Assembly: GCA_021817345.1 (NCBI GenBank)
Contig: JAKAVC010000159.1
Location: forward strand, 1,247 to 65,246
Direction of reading: 5' to 3'
From: Deltaproteobacteria bacterium
GTDB taxonomy: Bacteria; Desulfobacterota; Binatia; Binatales; Binataceae
Length of the DNA stretch: 64,000 nucleotides
Both the position numbers and the translations under genes were made by a program. Position 1 is the stretch's first letter. Every line of letters begins with the position of its first letter. The notes under the pieces are model-generated. The model searched no databases. It saw nothing but the letters and a program-made list of their open reading frames with translations, and was not told the DNA's origin. Below, piece after piece: positions 21,644-32,515 of the stretch.

Positions 21644-22042
21644 ATGTCGAACACCGATCCAATCGCAGAGCTTCTGACGCGGATCCGAAACGCCGCGCAC
21701 GCGCGCCACGCCGAGCTTGAGGTCGCTCACTCGAAGCTTCGCGAGGCCATCTGCCGCGTGCTCGTCGCGGAAGGATTTCTGGAAAGCGCCGAACCGACCG
21801 GCGAGGGTATCAATAAGAAGATCGCAATCCGGGTGCGTTACGCGCCCACGCAGCAGCCTATCATGCGCGGAATCGAGCGGGTCAGCCGCCCGAGCGTGAG
21901 ACGCTATTCGGGCGCGGCCGAGATCGGCCGCCCGTCGCGCGGGATGGGGGTCGAAATCGTGACGACTCCGCTCGGCGTGATGACCGGACGCGAGGCTCGG
22001 CGCAAGAAAGTCGGCGGCGAAGTTCTGCTAAGGGTTTGGTAG
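21644..22042 (+). CDS. rpsH: 30S ribosomal protein S8
   Basis: MSNTDPIAELLTRIRNA..., 132 aa. Confidence 0.98.
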   Translation: MSNTDPIAELLTRIRNAAHARHAELEVAHSKLREAICRVLVAEGFLESAEPTGEGINKKIAIRVRYAPTQQPIMRGIERVSRPSVRRYSGAAEIGRPSRGMGVEIVTTPLGVMTGREARRKKVGGEVLLRVW

Positions 22043-22053
22043 GCGGGACGCTC

Positions 22054-22605
22054 ATGTCACGTATAGGAAGATTGCCGGTGGTTCTGGACAAGGGCGTGAA
22101 GGCCACGCTCGCGGACCAGGTTGTCCGGCTCGAAGGACCAAAGGGCAAGCTTGAGTGCGCCGTGCCCAAGGGCTTCGTGGTTGAAATCGCGGACGCGAAG
22201 ATGACCGTGAAGCGCCCCGACGACTCGCAGCAGGCCAGGGCGCTGCACGGGCTTACGCGCAAGCTTATCGCCAACATGGCCCAGGGCGTGAGCAAGGGCT
22301 TTACCCGTGTGCTCGAAATAAACGGGGTGGGTTATCGCGCCGAGGTCAAGGGAAACCTGATAAACTTCTCGCTCGGCTATTCCCATCCTATCGTCTATCA
22401 GCTTCCGCCCACGGTAACCGCCAAGGTCGAGCGCCAGGTGATTATCACCCTGGAGAGCCCCGACAGGCAGTTGCTCGGCACGGTGGCCGCGCAGATTCGC
22501 GCGCTCAGGCCGCCGGAACCGTACAAGGGCAAGGGAATCAAGTACGCCGAAGAAGTTATCCGCCGCAAGGCTGGAAAGGCAGCGGCCGGCTCCTCGGCAG
22601 GCTAA
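22054..22605 (+). CDS. rplF: 50S ribosomal protein L6
   Basis: ATG 22054 gives MSRIGRLPVVL...; the track start 22036 is a TTG overlapping the rpsH end. Confidence 0.95.
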   Translation: MSRIGRLPVVLDKGVKATLADQVVRLEGPKGKLECAVPKGFVVEIADAKMTVKRPDDSQQARALHGLTRKLIANMAQGVSKGFTRVLEINGVGYRAEVKGNLINFSLGYSHPIVYQLPPTVTAKVERQVIITLESPDRQLLGTVAAQIRALRPPEPYKGKGIKYAEEVIRRKAGKAAAGSSAG

Positions 22606-22618
22606 GAGTCCAGGGACT

Positions 22619-22981
22619 ATGGCTTTAAACCGGGCTGAAAAACGCGAGATGCGCCAAGGGCGCGTAAGGCGAAAGGTCGTCGGCACCGACGCGCGGCCGC
22701 GCCTGTCGGTCTACCGCTCGCTCCATCATATCTATGTTCAGGTCATCTCGGATGAATCCGGGCGGACGCTCGCTTCGGCGTCAACCCAGAGTCCCGAGCT
22801 GCGCGATTCGCTCAAGAGCAGGCGCAACCTCGAAGCCGCGAAATCGGTCGGCAAGACGATTGCCGAGAAGTGCCTGCAAGGCGGAATCCAGCAGGTGGTC
22901 TTCGACCGCAATGGCTTCCTTTATCACGGTCGCATCCGGGCGCTTGCTGACGCGATGCGCGAAGCGGGGCTTAAGTTCTGA
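22619..22981 (+). CDS. rplR: 50S ribosomal protein L18
   Basis: 120 aa; [18 protein letters not shown]. Confidence 0.97.
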   Translation: MALNRAEKREMRQGRVRRKVVGTDARPRLSVYRSLHHIYVQVISDESGRTLASASTQSPELRDSLKSRRNLEAAKSVGKTIAEKCLQGGIQQVVFDRNGFLYHGRIRALADAMREAGLKF

Positions 22982-23007
22982 CGGGACGGAACCGACGGGA
23001 GATCGCC

Positions 23008-23514
23008 GTGGCACATCGCATAGACCCGCAAGGGTTGGAAATCAAAGAAAAGGTTGTCCATATCAACCGCGTCGCCAAGGTCGTCAAGGGCGGACGGCGC
23101 TTCAGCTTCTCGGCGCTGGTCGTCGTGGGCGACCAGAACGGGCTTGTGGGGTTCGGCCTTGGCAAGGCGAACGAAGTTCCCGAAGCGATTCGCAAGGGCG
23201 TCGAGCGGGCGAAGAAAAGCCTGGCGCGGGTGCCGCTTCGCGAAGGCACGATACCGCACGAAGTCCTTGGCCATTTCGGGGCCGGCAAGGTCATCCTCAA
23301 ACCGGCGGCCGAAGGAACCGGGGTTATAGCGGCCGGCGGAGTGCGCGCGGTGGTCGAGCTTGCCGGAATCCGGAATATCCTGACCAAGCGGCTCGGCTCC
23401 TCGAATCCACACAACCTGGTAAAGGCGACGATAGAGGCGCTCTCGCAGCTCAGAAGCGCTGACGAGATCGCAAGGCTTCGCGCGCGCACGCCCTCTGAGA
23501 CCGAGGCGGCCTGA
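23008..23514 (+). CDS. rpsE: 30S ribosomal protein S5
   Basis: GTG start; [24 protein letters not shown]. Confidence 0.97.
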   Translation: MAHRIDPQGLEIKEKVVHINRVAKVVKGGRRFSFSALVVVGDQNGLVGFGLGKANEVPEAIRKGVERAKKSLARVPLREGTIPHEVLGHFGAGKVILKPAAEGTGVIAAGGVRAVVELAGIRNILTKRLGSSNPHNLVKATIEALSQLRSADEIARLRARTPSETEAA

Positions 23515-23540
23515 GGGACGGCGGGCGGGAGACTCTGACG

Positions 23541-23726
23541 ATGGCGGATGACGTTCGGATTAAAATTCGTCTCGTGCGCAGCCCGATCGGGACCAACCAG
23601 CGGACGCGCCAAACGGTCCGCGGCCTTGGCCTTGGAAAAGTGGGCAGCGAAAGTGAAGTGAAGCTAAGTCCCGCGGTCGAGGGCATGTTAAAGCGCGTGG
23701 CGTATCTGATTGAGGTTACGCGATAG
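23541..23726 (+). CDS. rpmD: 50S ribosomal protein L30
   Basis: 61 aa; [25 protein letters not shown]. Confidence 0.96.
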   Translation: MADDVRIKIRLVRSPIGTNQRTRQTVRGLGLGKVGSESEVKLSPAVEGMLKRVAYLIEVTR

Positions 23727-23735
23727 GTTTTTGCG

Positions 23736-24206
23736 ATGGACTTGAGCGATTTGAAACCGGCTCCCGGCTCGACCCGGCCCAGGCGGCGGCTTGGGCGGGG
23801 AACTGGCTCCGGACTCGGCAAAACGTCGGGACGTGGGCATAAGGGCCGAGGCTCGCGTTCCGGGGGCAATACGCCCCCAGGCTACGAAGGCGGCCAGATG
23901 CCGCTTCAGCGGCGGGTTCCCAAGCGCGGATTTCGCCGCCTGCAGAAAAACCAGGCCCGCCGCGAGGAATTCGCGGTCGTCAACCTGAAGGCTTTGTCAG
24001 AATTTCCCGATGGTGCCACAGTCGATCCGGCCGCGATGGCGGAGCGGGGGCTGATCAGGCCGGGCTTCAAGGTCAAGATTCTCGGCGACGGAGAGCTAAA
24101 GACCAAACTGATTGTTCGCGCCGAGGCGTTTTCCGCCAGCGCGCGCGAAAAAATCGCGCAGGCCGGAGGGGCTGCCGAGCTGATAGAGCAGGTCGCCAGC
24201 GAATAA
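23736..24206 (+). CDS. rplO: 50S ribosomal protein L15
   Basis: 156 aa; GRGTGSGLGKTSGRGHKG. Confidence 0.97.
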   Translation: MDLSDLKPAPGSTRPRRRLGRGTGSGLGKTSGRGHKGRGSRSGGNTPPGYEGGQMPLQRRVPKRGFRRLQKNQARREEFAVVNLKALSEFPDGATVDPAAMAERGLIRPGFKVKILGDGELKTKLIVRAEAFSASAREKIAQAGGAAELIEQVASE

Positions 24207-25514
24207 ATGCTTGAGGGGTTCTCAAACGCCTCGCGCATCCCGGAACTGCGCCGTCGGCTGCTGTTCACGGCCTTCGTGCTGGCCGTGTACCGGGTTGGGG
24301 TAGCGGTTCCGACGCCAGGAATCGATGGGCAGGCGCTGGCGGCGTTTTTCAACGCCGCCTCGGGAACGCTGTTCGGATGGGTCAACCTGTTTTCCGGCGG
24401 CGCGCTCGCGCGGTTCTCGGTTTTCGCGCTCGGGATCATGCCGTACATTTCGGTCGCGATCATCCTCGACCTGCTCAAGGTGGCCTCGCCCTATCTGGAC
24501 GAACTCTACAAGGAAGGCGAGGCGGGCCGCCGCAAAATCACGCAGTACACCCGCTACGGAACCGTCGGCCTGTCGATCGTGCAGGGCTTCATGATCGCCT
24601 ACTCGCTGGAGAAAATTCGCGCACCGGGTGGCGGCTCGGTCGTTTACAATCCGGGATGGGATTTCCGGATCCTGACGGTGTTGACCGTCACCGCGGGCGC
24701 GGTTTTCGTGATGTGGCTCGGCGAGCAGATAACCGAGCGCGGGATCGGCAACGGTATCTCGCTGGTGATTATGGCGGGAATCGTGGCGCGCCTGCCGAGT
24801 GCGGTCGGCACCACCGTGCAGTTCGTGCGCGAAGGTGAGATGAGCGTATTCCTGCTCGTCTTCATTATCGTGATGGCGGCGGCGGTGACGGCGGGAATCG
24901 TCTACCTGGAGACGGCGCAGCGGAGAATTCCGGTCCAGTACGCCAGGCGGGTGGTCGGACGCCGGGTCTATGGAGGGCAGACCTCTCATCTGCCGCTCAA
25001 GATCAACACCTCGGGCGTGATACCGCCGATTTTCGCGTCGTCGATCCTGGTTTTTCCCGCAACACTGGCGACGTTTGTCCCGGCTCTCAAGAAGTACGAA
25101 TCGGTTTTGACGCCGGGAGGGGTCTACTATGATCTTGTTTATGTCGCGCTGATCGTCTTCTTTTGCTACTTCTACACGGCGGTCACGTTCAACCCGGTTG
25201 ACGTGGCCGATAATCTGAAGAAGTACGGCGGGTTTATCCCTGGTATCCGCCCCGGTCGCTACACCGCCGAGTATATAGACAGGGTATTGTCGCGAATAAC
25301 TCTCGGAGGGGCGATTTACGTAAGTGCGGTGTGCGTGCTCCCGACGATCCTGATTCAGCACTTCAATGTTCCGTTCTATTTCGGGGGCACCGCCCTGTTG
25401 ATCGTGGTCGGGGTGGCCTTGGACACGATCGCCCAGATCGAAACCCATCTGCTTACCCGCAACTACGAAGGGTTCATGAAGCGGGGGCGGGTCAAGTCCA
25501 GGAAGGGCGGATAG
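24207..25514 (+). CDS. secY: Preprotein translocase subunit SecY
   Basis: 435-aa polytopic membrane ORF in the canonical position after rplO. Confidence 0.97.
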   Translation: MLEGFSNASRIPELRRRLLFTAFVLAVYRVGVAVPTPGIDGQALAAFFNAASGTLFGWVNLFSGGALARFSVFALGIMPYISVAIILDLLKVASPYLDELYKEGEAGRRKITQYTRYGTVGLSIVQGFMIAYSLEKIRAPGGGSVVYNPGWDFRILTVLTVTAGAVFVMWLGEQITERGIGNGISLVIMAGIVARLPSAVGTTVQFVREGEMSVFLLVFIIVMAAAVTAGIVYLETAQRRIPVQYARRVVGRRVYGGQTSHLPLKINTSGVIPPIFASSILVFPATLATFVPALKKYESVLTPGGVYYDLVYVALIVFFCYFYTAVTFNPVDVADNLKKYGGFIPGIRPGRYTAEYIDRVLSRITLGGAIYVSAVCVLPTILIQHFNVPFYFGGTALLIVVGVALDTIAQIETHLLTRNYEGFMKRGRVKSRKGG

Positions 25515-25518
25515 TCGA

Positions 25519-26196
25519 ATGCGGCTGGTATTGCTCGGACCGCCGGGGGCGGGCAAGGGCACGCAGGCAAGGATGCTCGCGGAAAGGTTCGGAGCAGCCC
25601 ATGTGGCGAGTGGTGACCTGCTGCGGACCGCGGTCAAGGAAAAGACCCCCCTTGGGCTTGAGGCGAAAAGCTACATGGATCGGGGGGCGTTGGTTCCGGA
25701 CGAATTAGTGCTTAAACTTATACAGGAGCATCTTGACAGCGCCAACGGCGGCCGCGGGTTCATTCTGGACGGGTTTCCGCGCAGCGTCTCGCAGGCCGAG
25801 GCGCTCAACCGGATGCTCAAGGGACGCGGCGTCTCGATAGACAAGGTTATCGCGATAATCGTCCCGGACAGCGAGATCATCAAGCGGATCTCGGGTCGGC
25901 GCACCTGCAGGAACTGCGGTGCGATGTACCACGTGATCTTCGACCCGCCGCGCAATCCCGGGATATGCAATGAGTGCAACGGCGAGTTGTATCAGCGCGA
26001 GGACGACGCCGAGGATACTGTGAGGATGCGGCTTGAAGTTTATGCCGCCGAGACCAAGCCGCTGCTCGAATATTATAGACGGGCGGGCCTGCTCGTCGAA
26101 GTCAATGGAGTTGGACGGCCCGAGGAAATACAGGAGCAGATTCTCGCGGCGTTGGGCGGCGAAAATGCCAAGGTTCGGGACGCCCGCATCAAGTAA
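25519..26196 (+). CDS. adk: Adenylate kinase (Cys4 zinc lid type)
   Basis: P-loop GPPGAGKGT; lid CRNCGAMYH...CNECNG. Confidence 0.97.
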   Translation: MRLVLLGPPGAGKGTQARMLAERFGAAHVASGDLLRTAVKEKTPLGLEAKSYMDRGALVPDELVLKLIQEHLDSANGGRGFILDGFPRSVSQAEALNRMLKGRGVSIDKVIAIIVPDSEIIKRISGRRTCRNCGAMYHVIFDPPRNPGICNECNGELYQREDDAEDTVRMRLEVYAAETKPLLEYYRRAGLLVEVNGVGRPEEIQEQILAALGGENAKVRDARIK

Positions 26197-26969
26197 TGGT
26201 TCTTCTCAAGAGCCCCGAAGAGATTGCGATAATGCGCGAGGCTTGCCGGATTGTCGCCGAGATCCTTGAGGAACTCGCTCGTGCGGTGCGTCCCGGGATA
26301 ACAACCGACGAACTCGACCGGATGGCCGAAGAACTGACTTATCGCAAGGGTGCGCGCCCGGCCTTCAAGGGCTACAAGCCCGGGGACGTCGTGTATCCCA
26401 AGACGCTCTGCGTCTCGGTGAACGAGGAGATCGTCCACGGCATCCCTTCGGGCCGCCGTCTTAAGGCGGGCGATATCGTAGGGCTCGATTTCGGTGTCGT
26501 CTACCAGGGTTTTTACGGAGATGCGGCGCGCACCGTCGCGGTCGGCAAGATAGCTGAGAGCGCGGAGCGCCTGCTTCGGGTCACGCGCGAGGCGCTCTAT
26601 TGCGGAATCGAGCAATGCCGCGCCGGCAACCGGATAGGGGATATAGCAAGGGCCGTCCAGGAGCACGCGGAGGGCGCCGGTTACTCGGTGGTCGAAGAGT
26701 TCGCGGGCCATGGAATCGGACGCAAGCTCCACGAAGACCCGCAGGTCCCGAATTATTTCCGGCGCGGGATGCCGAATCCGAGGCTTCAGGAAGGGATGGT
26801 GCTGGCTATCGAGCCGATGGTGAATGAGGGCACGGCCCGGCTGAGGATTATGAAGGACGGGTGGACTGCGGTGACCGCGGACGGTAAACTATCTGCCCAC
26901 TTCGAGCATTCTGTCGCGATCACCGGAAATGGCCCGGTAATATTGACCGAGTTGGACGCCAACGTCTGA
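26196..26969 (+). CDS. map: Type I methionine aminopeptidase
   Basis: 257 aa; start overlaps the adk TAA by 1 nt; FAGHGIGRKLHE and LAIEPM motifs. Confidence 0.96.
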   Translation: MVLLKSPEEIAIMREACRIVAEILEELARAVRPGITTDELDRMAEELTYRKGARPAFKGYKPGDVVYPKTLCVSVNEEIVHGIPSGRRLKAGDIVGLDFGVVYQGFYGDAARTVAVGKIAESAERLLRVTREALYCGIEQCRAGNRIGDIARAVQEHAEGAGYSVVEEFAGHGIGRKLHEDPQVPNYFRRGMPNPRLQEGMVLAIEPMVNEGTARLRIMKDGWTAVTADGKLSAHFEHSVAITGNGPVILTELDANV

Positions 26970-26981
26970 GCTTGGAGCGCT

Positions 26982-27203
26982 ATGTCTAAAGGCGATGCGA
27001 TAGAAGTCACCGGAGTTGTGCTCGAGGCGCTCCCCAATGCCGTGTTCAGAGTATCGCTGGACAACGGGCATCGGGTATTGGCTCATATCTCGGGCAAGAT
27101 GCGGATGCATTACATAAAGATTCTGCCCGGCGACAAGGTGACCGTGGAATTGTCGCCCTATGACTTAAGCCGCGGCCGGATAACCTATCGGATGCGCTCG
27201 TAG
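26982..27203 (+). CDS. infA: Translation initiation factor IF-1
   Basis: 73 aa; [24 protein letters not shown]. Confidence 0.98.
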   Translation: MSKGDAIEVTGVVLEALPNAVFRVSLDNGHRVLAHISGKMRMHYIKILPGDKVTVELSPYDLSRGRITYRMRS

Positions 27204-27223
27204 CGTGCGCATGGGACGCAGGA

Positions 27224-27337
27224 ATGAAAGTCAGAGCGTCAGTCAAAAAGATTTGCAAAAACTGCAAGGTGGTGCGCCGCCAGGGCGTCGTGCGCATCCT
27301 CTGCTCCAATCCGCGCCACAAGCAGCGCCAGGGATAG
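27224..27337 (+). CDS. rpmJ: 50S ribosomal protein L36
   Basis: Not in the ORF track because it is under 60 aa. My translation is [37 protein letters not shown], stop TAG 27335-27337. Confidence 0.95.
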   Translation: MKVRASVKKICKNCKVVRRQGVVRILCSNPRHKQRQG

Positions 27338-27346
27338 GCAGTTAAC

Positions 27347-27730
27347 ATGGCCCGTATTGCCGGAGTCGAGCTTCCCAGAAACAAGCGCATGGAAATTGCG
27401 CTTACCTACATTTACGGGATCGGGCGCGCCTCAGCGCTCAAGATTCTTAAAGAGGCCAACGTCGATCCCGCGACCAAGACCGACGATCTGAGCGCCGAAG
27501 ACCAGGTCCACATCCGAAACGTCATCGACCAGAGTTACAAGGTCGAAGGCGATCTGAGGCGCGAAGTACAGCAGAATATCAAGCGCCTGATGGACCTCGG
27601 ATGCTACCGCGGGCTTAGGCATCGCCGCAGCCTTCCGGTTCGCGGCCAGCGCACTCATACCAACGCGCGCACCCGCAAGGGACCGCGCAAGACCGTGATG
27701 GGCAAAAAGGCTCCGCCGCCGAAAGGATAG
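27347..27730 (+). CDS. rpsM: 30S ribosomal protein S13
   Basis: [26 protein letters not shown]. Confidence 0.98.
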   Translation: MARIAGVELPRNKRMEIALTYIYGIGRASALKILKEANVDPATKTDDLSAEDQVHIRNVIDQSYKVEGDLRREVQQNIKRLMDLGCYRGLRHRRSLPVRGQRTHTNARTRKGPRKTVMGKKAPPPKG

Positions 27731-27784
27731 AGCGCGGAGGGCGAGCACTTTTTCAGCATCGAGCCTTGAGGACCTTACATACTG

Positions 27785-28255
27785 ATGGCGGACGAGACTA
27801 AAGAAACCAGGGAAGCCCCGAAGAAGGCGGCTGAGAAAACCGGAGCGGAGAAGCCTGCCGCCGCTGGAGCGGCGGCTCCCGCGCCCAAGCGCAAACGCGC
27901 CCGGCACGTCGTGCCCGAAGGCGTCGCGCACGTTCACGCGACCTTCAACAACACGATCGTGACCATAACCGACCAGCAGGGACTGGTGCTCGCATGGTCG
28001 AGCGCGGGCTCTGTCGGATTCAAGGGCTCGCGCAAGGGCACTCCGTTCGCCGCTCAGCTCGCGGCCGAAGCCTGCGCCCGCAAGGTGGGCGACATGGGCA
28101 TGAGAAGCGTGGTCGTGCACGTGAAGGGTCCGGGCGGTGGACGCGAATCGGCGGTCCGCGCGCTTCAGGCGGCCGGCCTCAACGTGCTCGCCATAAAGGA
28201 CGTGACGCCGATTCCGCACAATGGATGCCGTCCGCCGAAGAGGCGCCGTGTCTGA
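27785..28255 (+). CDS. rpsK: 30S ribosomal protein S11 with K/A/E/P-rich N-terminal extension
   Basis: Core [18 protein letters not shown]...; about 34 extra N-terminal residues. Confidence 0.96.
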   Translation: MADETKETREAPKKAAEKTGAEKPAAAGAAAPAPKRKRARHVVPEGVAHVHATFNNTIVTITDQQGLVLAWSSAGSVGFKGSRKGTPFAAQLAAEACARKVGDMGMRSVVVHVKGPGGGRESAVRALQAAGLNVLAIKDVTPIPHNGCRPPKRRRV

Positions 28256-28272
28256 CCAGAGGATGATCTATC

Positions 28273-28899
28273 GTGGCTAGAAACCTTGGTCCTGTATGCC
28301 GGATGTGCCGGCGCGAAGGGATGAAACTCTTCCTGAAGGGCGAGCGATGCTATACGGACAAGTGCGCCATCGAACGGCGCAACTATCCGCCCGGCGCGCA
28401 CGGACAGGCCCGTACCCGGTTCTCTGAATTCTCGATCCGGCTGCGCGAAAAGCAGAAGGTCAAGCGTATCTACGGGCTGCTCGAAAGGCAGTTCGCGCAT
28501 TATTTCGAGATGGCGGAGCGGATGCCGGGAATTACCGGCGAAAACCTGCTGGTGCTGCTCGAGAGACGGCTCGACAACGTGGTGTACCGGCTCGGCTTCG
28601 CAAGCTCGCTCACCCAGGCGCGCCAGCTCGTTCGTCACGGCCATTTCGAAGTCGGCGGCAGGAAGGTCACCATCCCGTCCTACCTCGTGTCGGCCAACGA
28701 ACCGGTGGTCGTGACCGAGAAGAGCCGGCAGAAAAAAGTCATCCAGGAGGCGATCGAGATGGCGCAGCGGCGCGGTGTTCCTCCCTGGATGACGGTCGAG
28801 CGCGAAAACTTCCGCGGCATGCTCAAGAACTACCCGGCGCGTTCGGACCTTACGATGCCAATCAGCGAGAAGCTGATAGTGGAGCATTACTCCAGATAA
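28273..28899 (+). CDS. rpsD: 30S ribosomal protein S4
   Basis: GTG start; [25 protein letters not shown]. Confidence 0.97.
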   Translation: MARNLGPVCRMCRREGMKLFLKGERCYTDKCAIERRNYPPGAHGQARTRFSEFSIRLREKQKVKRIYGLLERQFAHYFEMAERMPGITGENLLVLLERRLDNVVYRLGFASSLTQARQLVRHGHFEVGGRKVTIPSYLVSANEPVVVTEKSRQKKVIQEAIEMAQRRGVPPWMTVERENFRGMLKNYPARSDLTMPISEKLIVEHYSR

Positions 28900-28983
28900 T
28901 TGGCGGAGAAGGAATTGTAGGCCCCGCGGCGCGGCATCGGCCCGCCCGGGACCGCGAAATCCATCCCGTTAAGAGCGGCAAAT

Positions 28984-30009
28984 ATGCAGAATGATTGGCG
29001 TGACCTGATCAAACCCAAAGGTATCGAGTTCGACGAGAAGGAAGTCACCGAGACCTACGGCAAGTTCGTTGCCGAGCCTCTTGAGCGTGGCTTCGGGACA
29101 ACCATCGGCAATACCCTGCGCCGGATTCTTCTCTCCTCGCTGCCGGGCTACGCGATCACGGCCGTCCGTATCAAGGACGTTCTCCACGAGTTCTCGACTC
29201 TTCCGGGAGTCAAGGAGGACGTCACCGATATCGTGCTGAACCTGAAGGAAGTGCGCGTGCGCCTGCATGAAGGCGAGCAGGTAACCGCCTCCCTCAAGGT
29301 CAAGGGCGAGGCGGTTGTCACCGCGCGTGATATCACGGCGGGACCGAGCCTCGAAATTCTCACTCCCGACCAGCATATCGCGACACTTGATAAAGACGCG
29401 GAACTGGATCTCGAAATGGTAATCAAGCGCGGGCGTGGCTACGTGCCCGCCGAACGCGGCGAGGACGAGGAACCGATCGGCACCATCCGCCTCGACGCCA
29501 TCTTCTCGCCCATCCGCAAGGTCAACTTCGTGGTGACCAACGCGCGCGTCGGCCAGCGCACCGACTACGACCGGCTCACGCTCGAGATCTGGACCGACGG
29601 TTCGATCTCGCCGCGCGAGGCGCTGACCTACGGAGCGCGGGTGGCGCGCGACCAGATGTCGATCTTCGCCGGCGTCGAGGAAGAAATCGAAGCCCCGGCG
29701 CCCGAGGCCGGAGCCGAGGCGCGTCCCGCGATCAATGAGCTGCTCTACCGGCCGGTGGAGGGGCTTCCGATCTCGGTGCGCGCTTTCAACGGCCTTCAGA
29801 ATGCCGACATCAAGTATATCGGCGAACTCGTGCAGCGCACCGAGCAGGACATGCTCAGGATCAAGAACTTCGGCCGCAAATCGCTCAACGAGATCAAGGA
29901 AGTCCTGGCCGATATGGGGCTTTCGCTCGGGATGCGGCTTGAGAACCTGCCGGCGCGCAGCGAACTCGACAAGATGTGGGAGGAGCACGAGCGGCGCGAG
30001 TCGGCCTAG
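28984..30009 (+). CDS. rpoA: DNA-directed RNA polymerase subunit alpha
   Basis: 341 aa; [20 protein letters not shown]. Confidence 0.98.
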   Translation: MQNDWRDLIKPKGIEFDEKEVTETYGKFVAEPLERGFGTTIGNTLRRILLSSLPGYAITAVRIKDVLHEFSTLPGVKEDVTDIVLNLKEVRVRLHEGEQVTASLKVKGEAVVTARDITAGPSLEILTPDQHIATLDKDAELDLEMVIKRGRGYVPAERGEDEEPIGTIRLDAIFSPIRKVNFVVTNARVGQRTDYDRLTLEIWTDGSISPREALTYGARVARDQMSIFAGVEEEIEAPAPEAGAEARPAINELLYRPVEGLPISVRAFNGLQNADIKYIGELVQRTEQDMLRIKNFGRKSLNEIKEVLADMGLSLGMRLENLPARSELDKMWEEHERRESA

Positions 30010-30043
30010 ACGGCTTGACTAGCCTGCGTGTTCGAAGCGAATC

Positions 30044-30481
30044 ATGCGTCACCTCAATTCGGGGAGAAAACTTAACCGCACCTCGGCCCATCGCAAGGCG
30101 CTTTTCCGTAACATGTTCCTCGCCCTGCTGCGCGCCGGCCGTATCAAAACGACCGACGCCAAGGCCAAGGAACTGAGACGCGTGGCCGATCGGATGGTGA
30201 CGCTCGGAAAGCGCGGCGACCTGGCCGCGCGCCGGCGCGCCTTTGATTTCATCCGGTCCCATAAGCTGGTCAAGCAGTTGTTCGACGAGCTTGCCCCGCG
30301 CTTCAAGGACCGCAACGGCGGCTATACCCGAGTGGTCAAGTTCGGGCTCCGCCGTGGCGACGCCGCGCCGCTTTCGATAATCGAATTCGTCGGTAGCGAG
30401 GCGCAGGCCAAGCCCAGAAAGCGCCGCAAGCAGCCCAAAGAGACCGAGGGCGGTGAGCAGCGCGCCGCCGCGGGCGCCTGA
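30044..30481 (+). CDS. rplQ: 50S ribosomal protein L17
   Basis: [23 protein letters not shown]..., 145 aa. Confidence 0.97.
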   Translation: MRHLNSGRKLNRTSAHRKALFRNMFLALLRAGRIKTTDAKAKELRRVADRMVTLGKRGDLAARRRAFDFIRSHKLVKQLFDELAPRFKDRNGGYTRVVKFGLRRGDAAPLSIIEFVGSEAQAKPRKRRKQPKETEGGEQRAAAGA

Positions 30482-30508
30482 CCCGCGCCGCCAGGAACCA
30501 GTTCGAGT

Positions 30509-30539
30509 GAAGACCCGCAAACCGCGGGTCTTCTTTTTT
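30509..30539 (+). terminator. Rho-independent terminator of the alpha operon
   Basis: Perfect 10-bp stem GAAGACCCGC / GCGGGTCTTC, 5-nt loop, then TTTTTT. Confidence 0.85.
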
Positions 30540-30631
30540 GTCCGGATGCGTCAGGCGCGGCCGCATCGGCGCGCCGTGCGCGGCGTGAAGCCGATTTTCC
30601 GCTTTCGCGCGCGGCGCCGCGACGATGCTCT

Positions 30632-30886
30632 TCAGTCGATCAGTTCCAGGAGCTTCGCGCGAAGCGCCATATGCGCGCTCTTGTATCCCGAAAGAATTCC
30701 GTCCTCGAAATTCCACTCGGGATTGTCGCGCAAGGCGGGGAAATCGTGCGGGTTGCGAATATCCTCGGCGGTGACTCCCGGATGAATCCGCCGCGCCATC
30801 GCGAGCACTTTGTTTTCCTGGTACTCGACGAGCTCGAGCATGAGCCTGTCGATGATCGCGAGCGTCTCGCGCGTTACCGAAGCCAT
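30632..30886 (-). CDS. Hypothetical 84-aa protein
   Basis: ORF MASVTRETLAIIDRLMLELVEYQENKVL..., with no family that I recognise. Convergent with rplQ and divergent from tldD. Confidence 0.5.
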   Translation of the reverse strand: MASVTRETLAIIDRLMLELVEYQENKVLAMARRIHPGVTAEDIRNPHDFPALRDNPEWNFEDGILSGYKSAHMALRAKLLELID

Positions 30887-31021
30887 GGCCGTATCCTAAC
30901 CGTGGGCGCGGGCGGCGCGCCATATCAGCCCGCGGCCAGAATCCGGAAATTCGCCCGCGCTTGGCCGCTTTGATAGACTGCGCAGTAAGCCCCAGCGAAA
31001 CGAAGCCCCCAGGAATTCACA

Positions 31022-32470
31022 ATGGCGGACGAATTGATAAAGCCTGAGAAGTTTTTCCTGAACCGGTTCGGGATGACCGAGTCGGCTCTGGATTTGATCC
31101 TTGGGACGGCGCTCGAGCGCAAGGCCGACTACGCCGACCTTTATTTCGAATACCGCAACGCCGAGGCGCTCGCCCTGGAAGACTCGATCGTCAATCACAC
31201 GAGCAAGAGCGTGAGCCAGGGCGTCGGCGTGCGGGTTTGCGCCGAGGACCGCACCGGCTACGCCTATTCCGACGAGGTTACGGTCGACACGATGCGCCTC
31301 GCGGCAGAGACCGCGCGCGCTATCGCCCAGGAGACCGGGCGCAGTATCGCGCCCGTTCACGTCGGTGCGATCGTCAAACGGCACAACCTCTACGAACTCG
31401 AAAGCACGCCGCTCGACGTTCCGGTCGAGGCGCGCGCCCGGCTGCTCTCGGAAATCGACACCGTAGCGCGCGCCTACGACCCGCGTGTGAAAAAGGTGAT
31501 GGCCTCGTTCGCGGCCGAACAGAAGGTCGTGATGATCGTCACGAGCGAGGGCAAAATCGCCGCCGACGTGCAGCCGCTCTGCCGCCTGAGCGTCACGGTT
31601 ATCGCCGAGGACGGCCACAACCGCCAGGTCGGCACCTACGGCGGAGGCGGACGCGTCGAATGGCGCTACTTCCTCGAAGGCGAGAAATGGCGCGAGTACG
31701 CGCGCGAAGCCGCCCGCCAGGCAATCGTCAATCTCGACGCGGTCGATGCGCCGGCCGGCGAGATGGTCGTCGTGCTCGGCCACGGATGGCCGGGAATCCT
31801 GCTCCACGAGGCGATCGGCCACGGCCTGGAAGGCGACTTCAACCGAAAGGGCGTATCCGCCTTCTCGGGCCGGATCGGCCAGCGCGTCGCAAGCGAACTG
31901 TGCACGGTTATCGATGACGGCACGATCCGAAACCGCCGCGGCAGCCTCAACATCGACGACGAAGGCACGCCGACCGGGCGCACCGTGCTGATCGAGAAGG
32001 GTATCCTGCGCGGCTACATGCAGGACCGCCTGAACGCGCGGCTCATGAAGATGGAGCCGACCGGCAACGGCCGGCGCGAAAGCTTCGCGCATGCGCCGAT
32101 GCCCCGGATGACGAACACCTTCATGCTTTCGGGCGAAAGCACGCCCGAGGACGTTATAAAATCGGTCAGGAACGGGCTTTACGCGGTCAGTTTCGGCGGC
32201 GGCCAGGTCGATATAACCAACGGCAAGTTCGTCTTTTCGGCGAGCGAGGCCTATCTGATCGAGGATGGCCGCGTGACCCGTCCGGTCAAGGGCGCGACGC
32301 TTATCGGCAACGGCCCCGACGTGCTGACGCGGGTCACGATGGTGGCGAACGACATGCATCTCGATCCGGGTATCGGGACCTGCGGCAAGGACGGGCAATC
32401 GGTTCCGGTCGGAGTCGGACTTCCGACTATCCGGATTGACGGAATCACGGTCGGCGGAACGCGCGCCTAG
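31022..32470 (+). CDS. tldD: Metalloprotease TldD
   Basis: 482 aa; HExxxH motif in LLHEAIGHGLEGD; paired with pmbA downstream. Confidence 0.93.
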   Translation: MADELIKPEKFFLNRFGMTESALDLILGTALERKADYADLYFEYRNAEALALEDSIVNHTSKSVSQGVGVRVCAEDRTGYAYSDEVTVDTMRLAAETARAIAQETGRSIAPVHVGAIVKRHNLYELESTPLDVPVEARARLLSEIDTVARAYDPRVKKVMASFAAEQKVVMIVTSEGKIAADVQPLCRLSVTVIAEDGHNRQVGTYGGGGRVEWRYFLEGEKWREYAREAARQAIVNLDAVDAPAGEMVVVLGHGWPGILLHEAIGHGLEGDFNRKGVSAFSGRIGQRVASELCTVIDDGTIRNRRGSLNIDDEGTPTGRTVLIEKGILRGYMQDRLNARLMKMEPTGNGRRESFAHAPMPRMTNTFMLSGESTPEDVIKSVRNGLYAVSFGGGQVDITNGKFVFSASEAYLIEDGRVTRPVKGATLIGNGPDVLTRVTMVANDMHLDPGIGTCGKDGQSVPVGVGLPTIRIDGITVGGTRA

Positions 32471-32515
32471 TGTGGTGTCCCGCAGATAAGTTTATGGGAT
32501 GTCGCTCGGTGGAAT

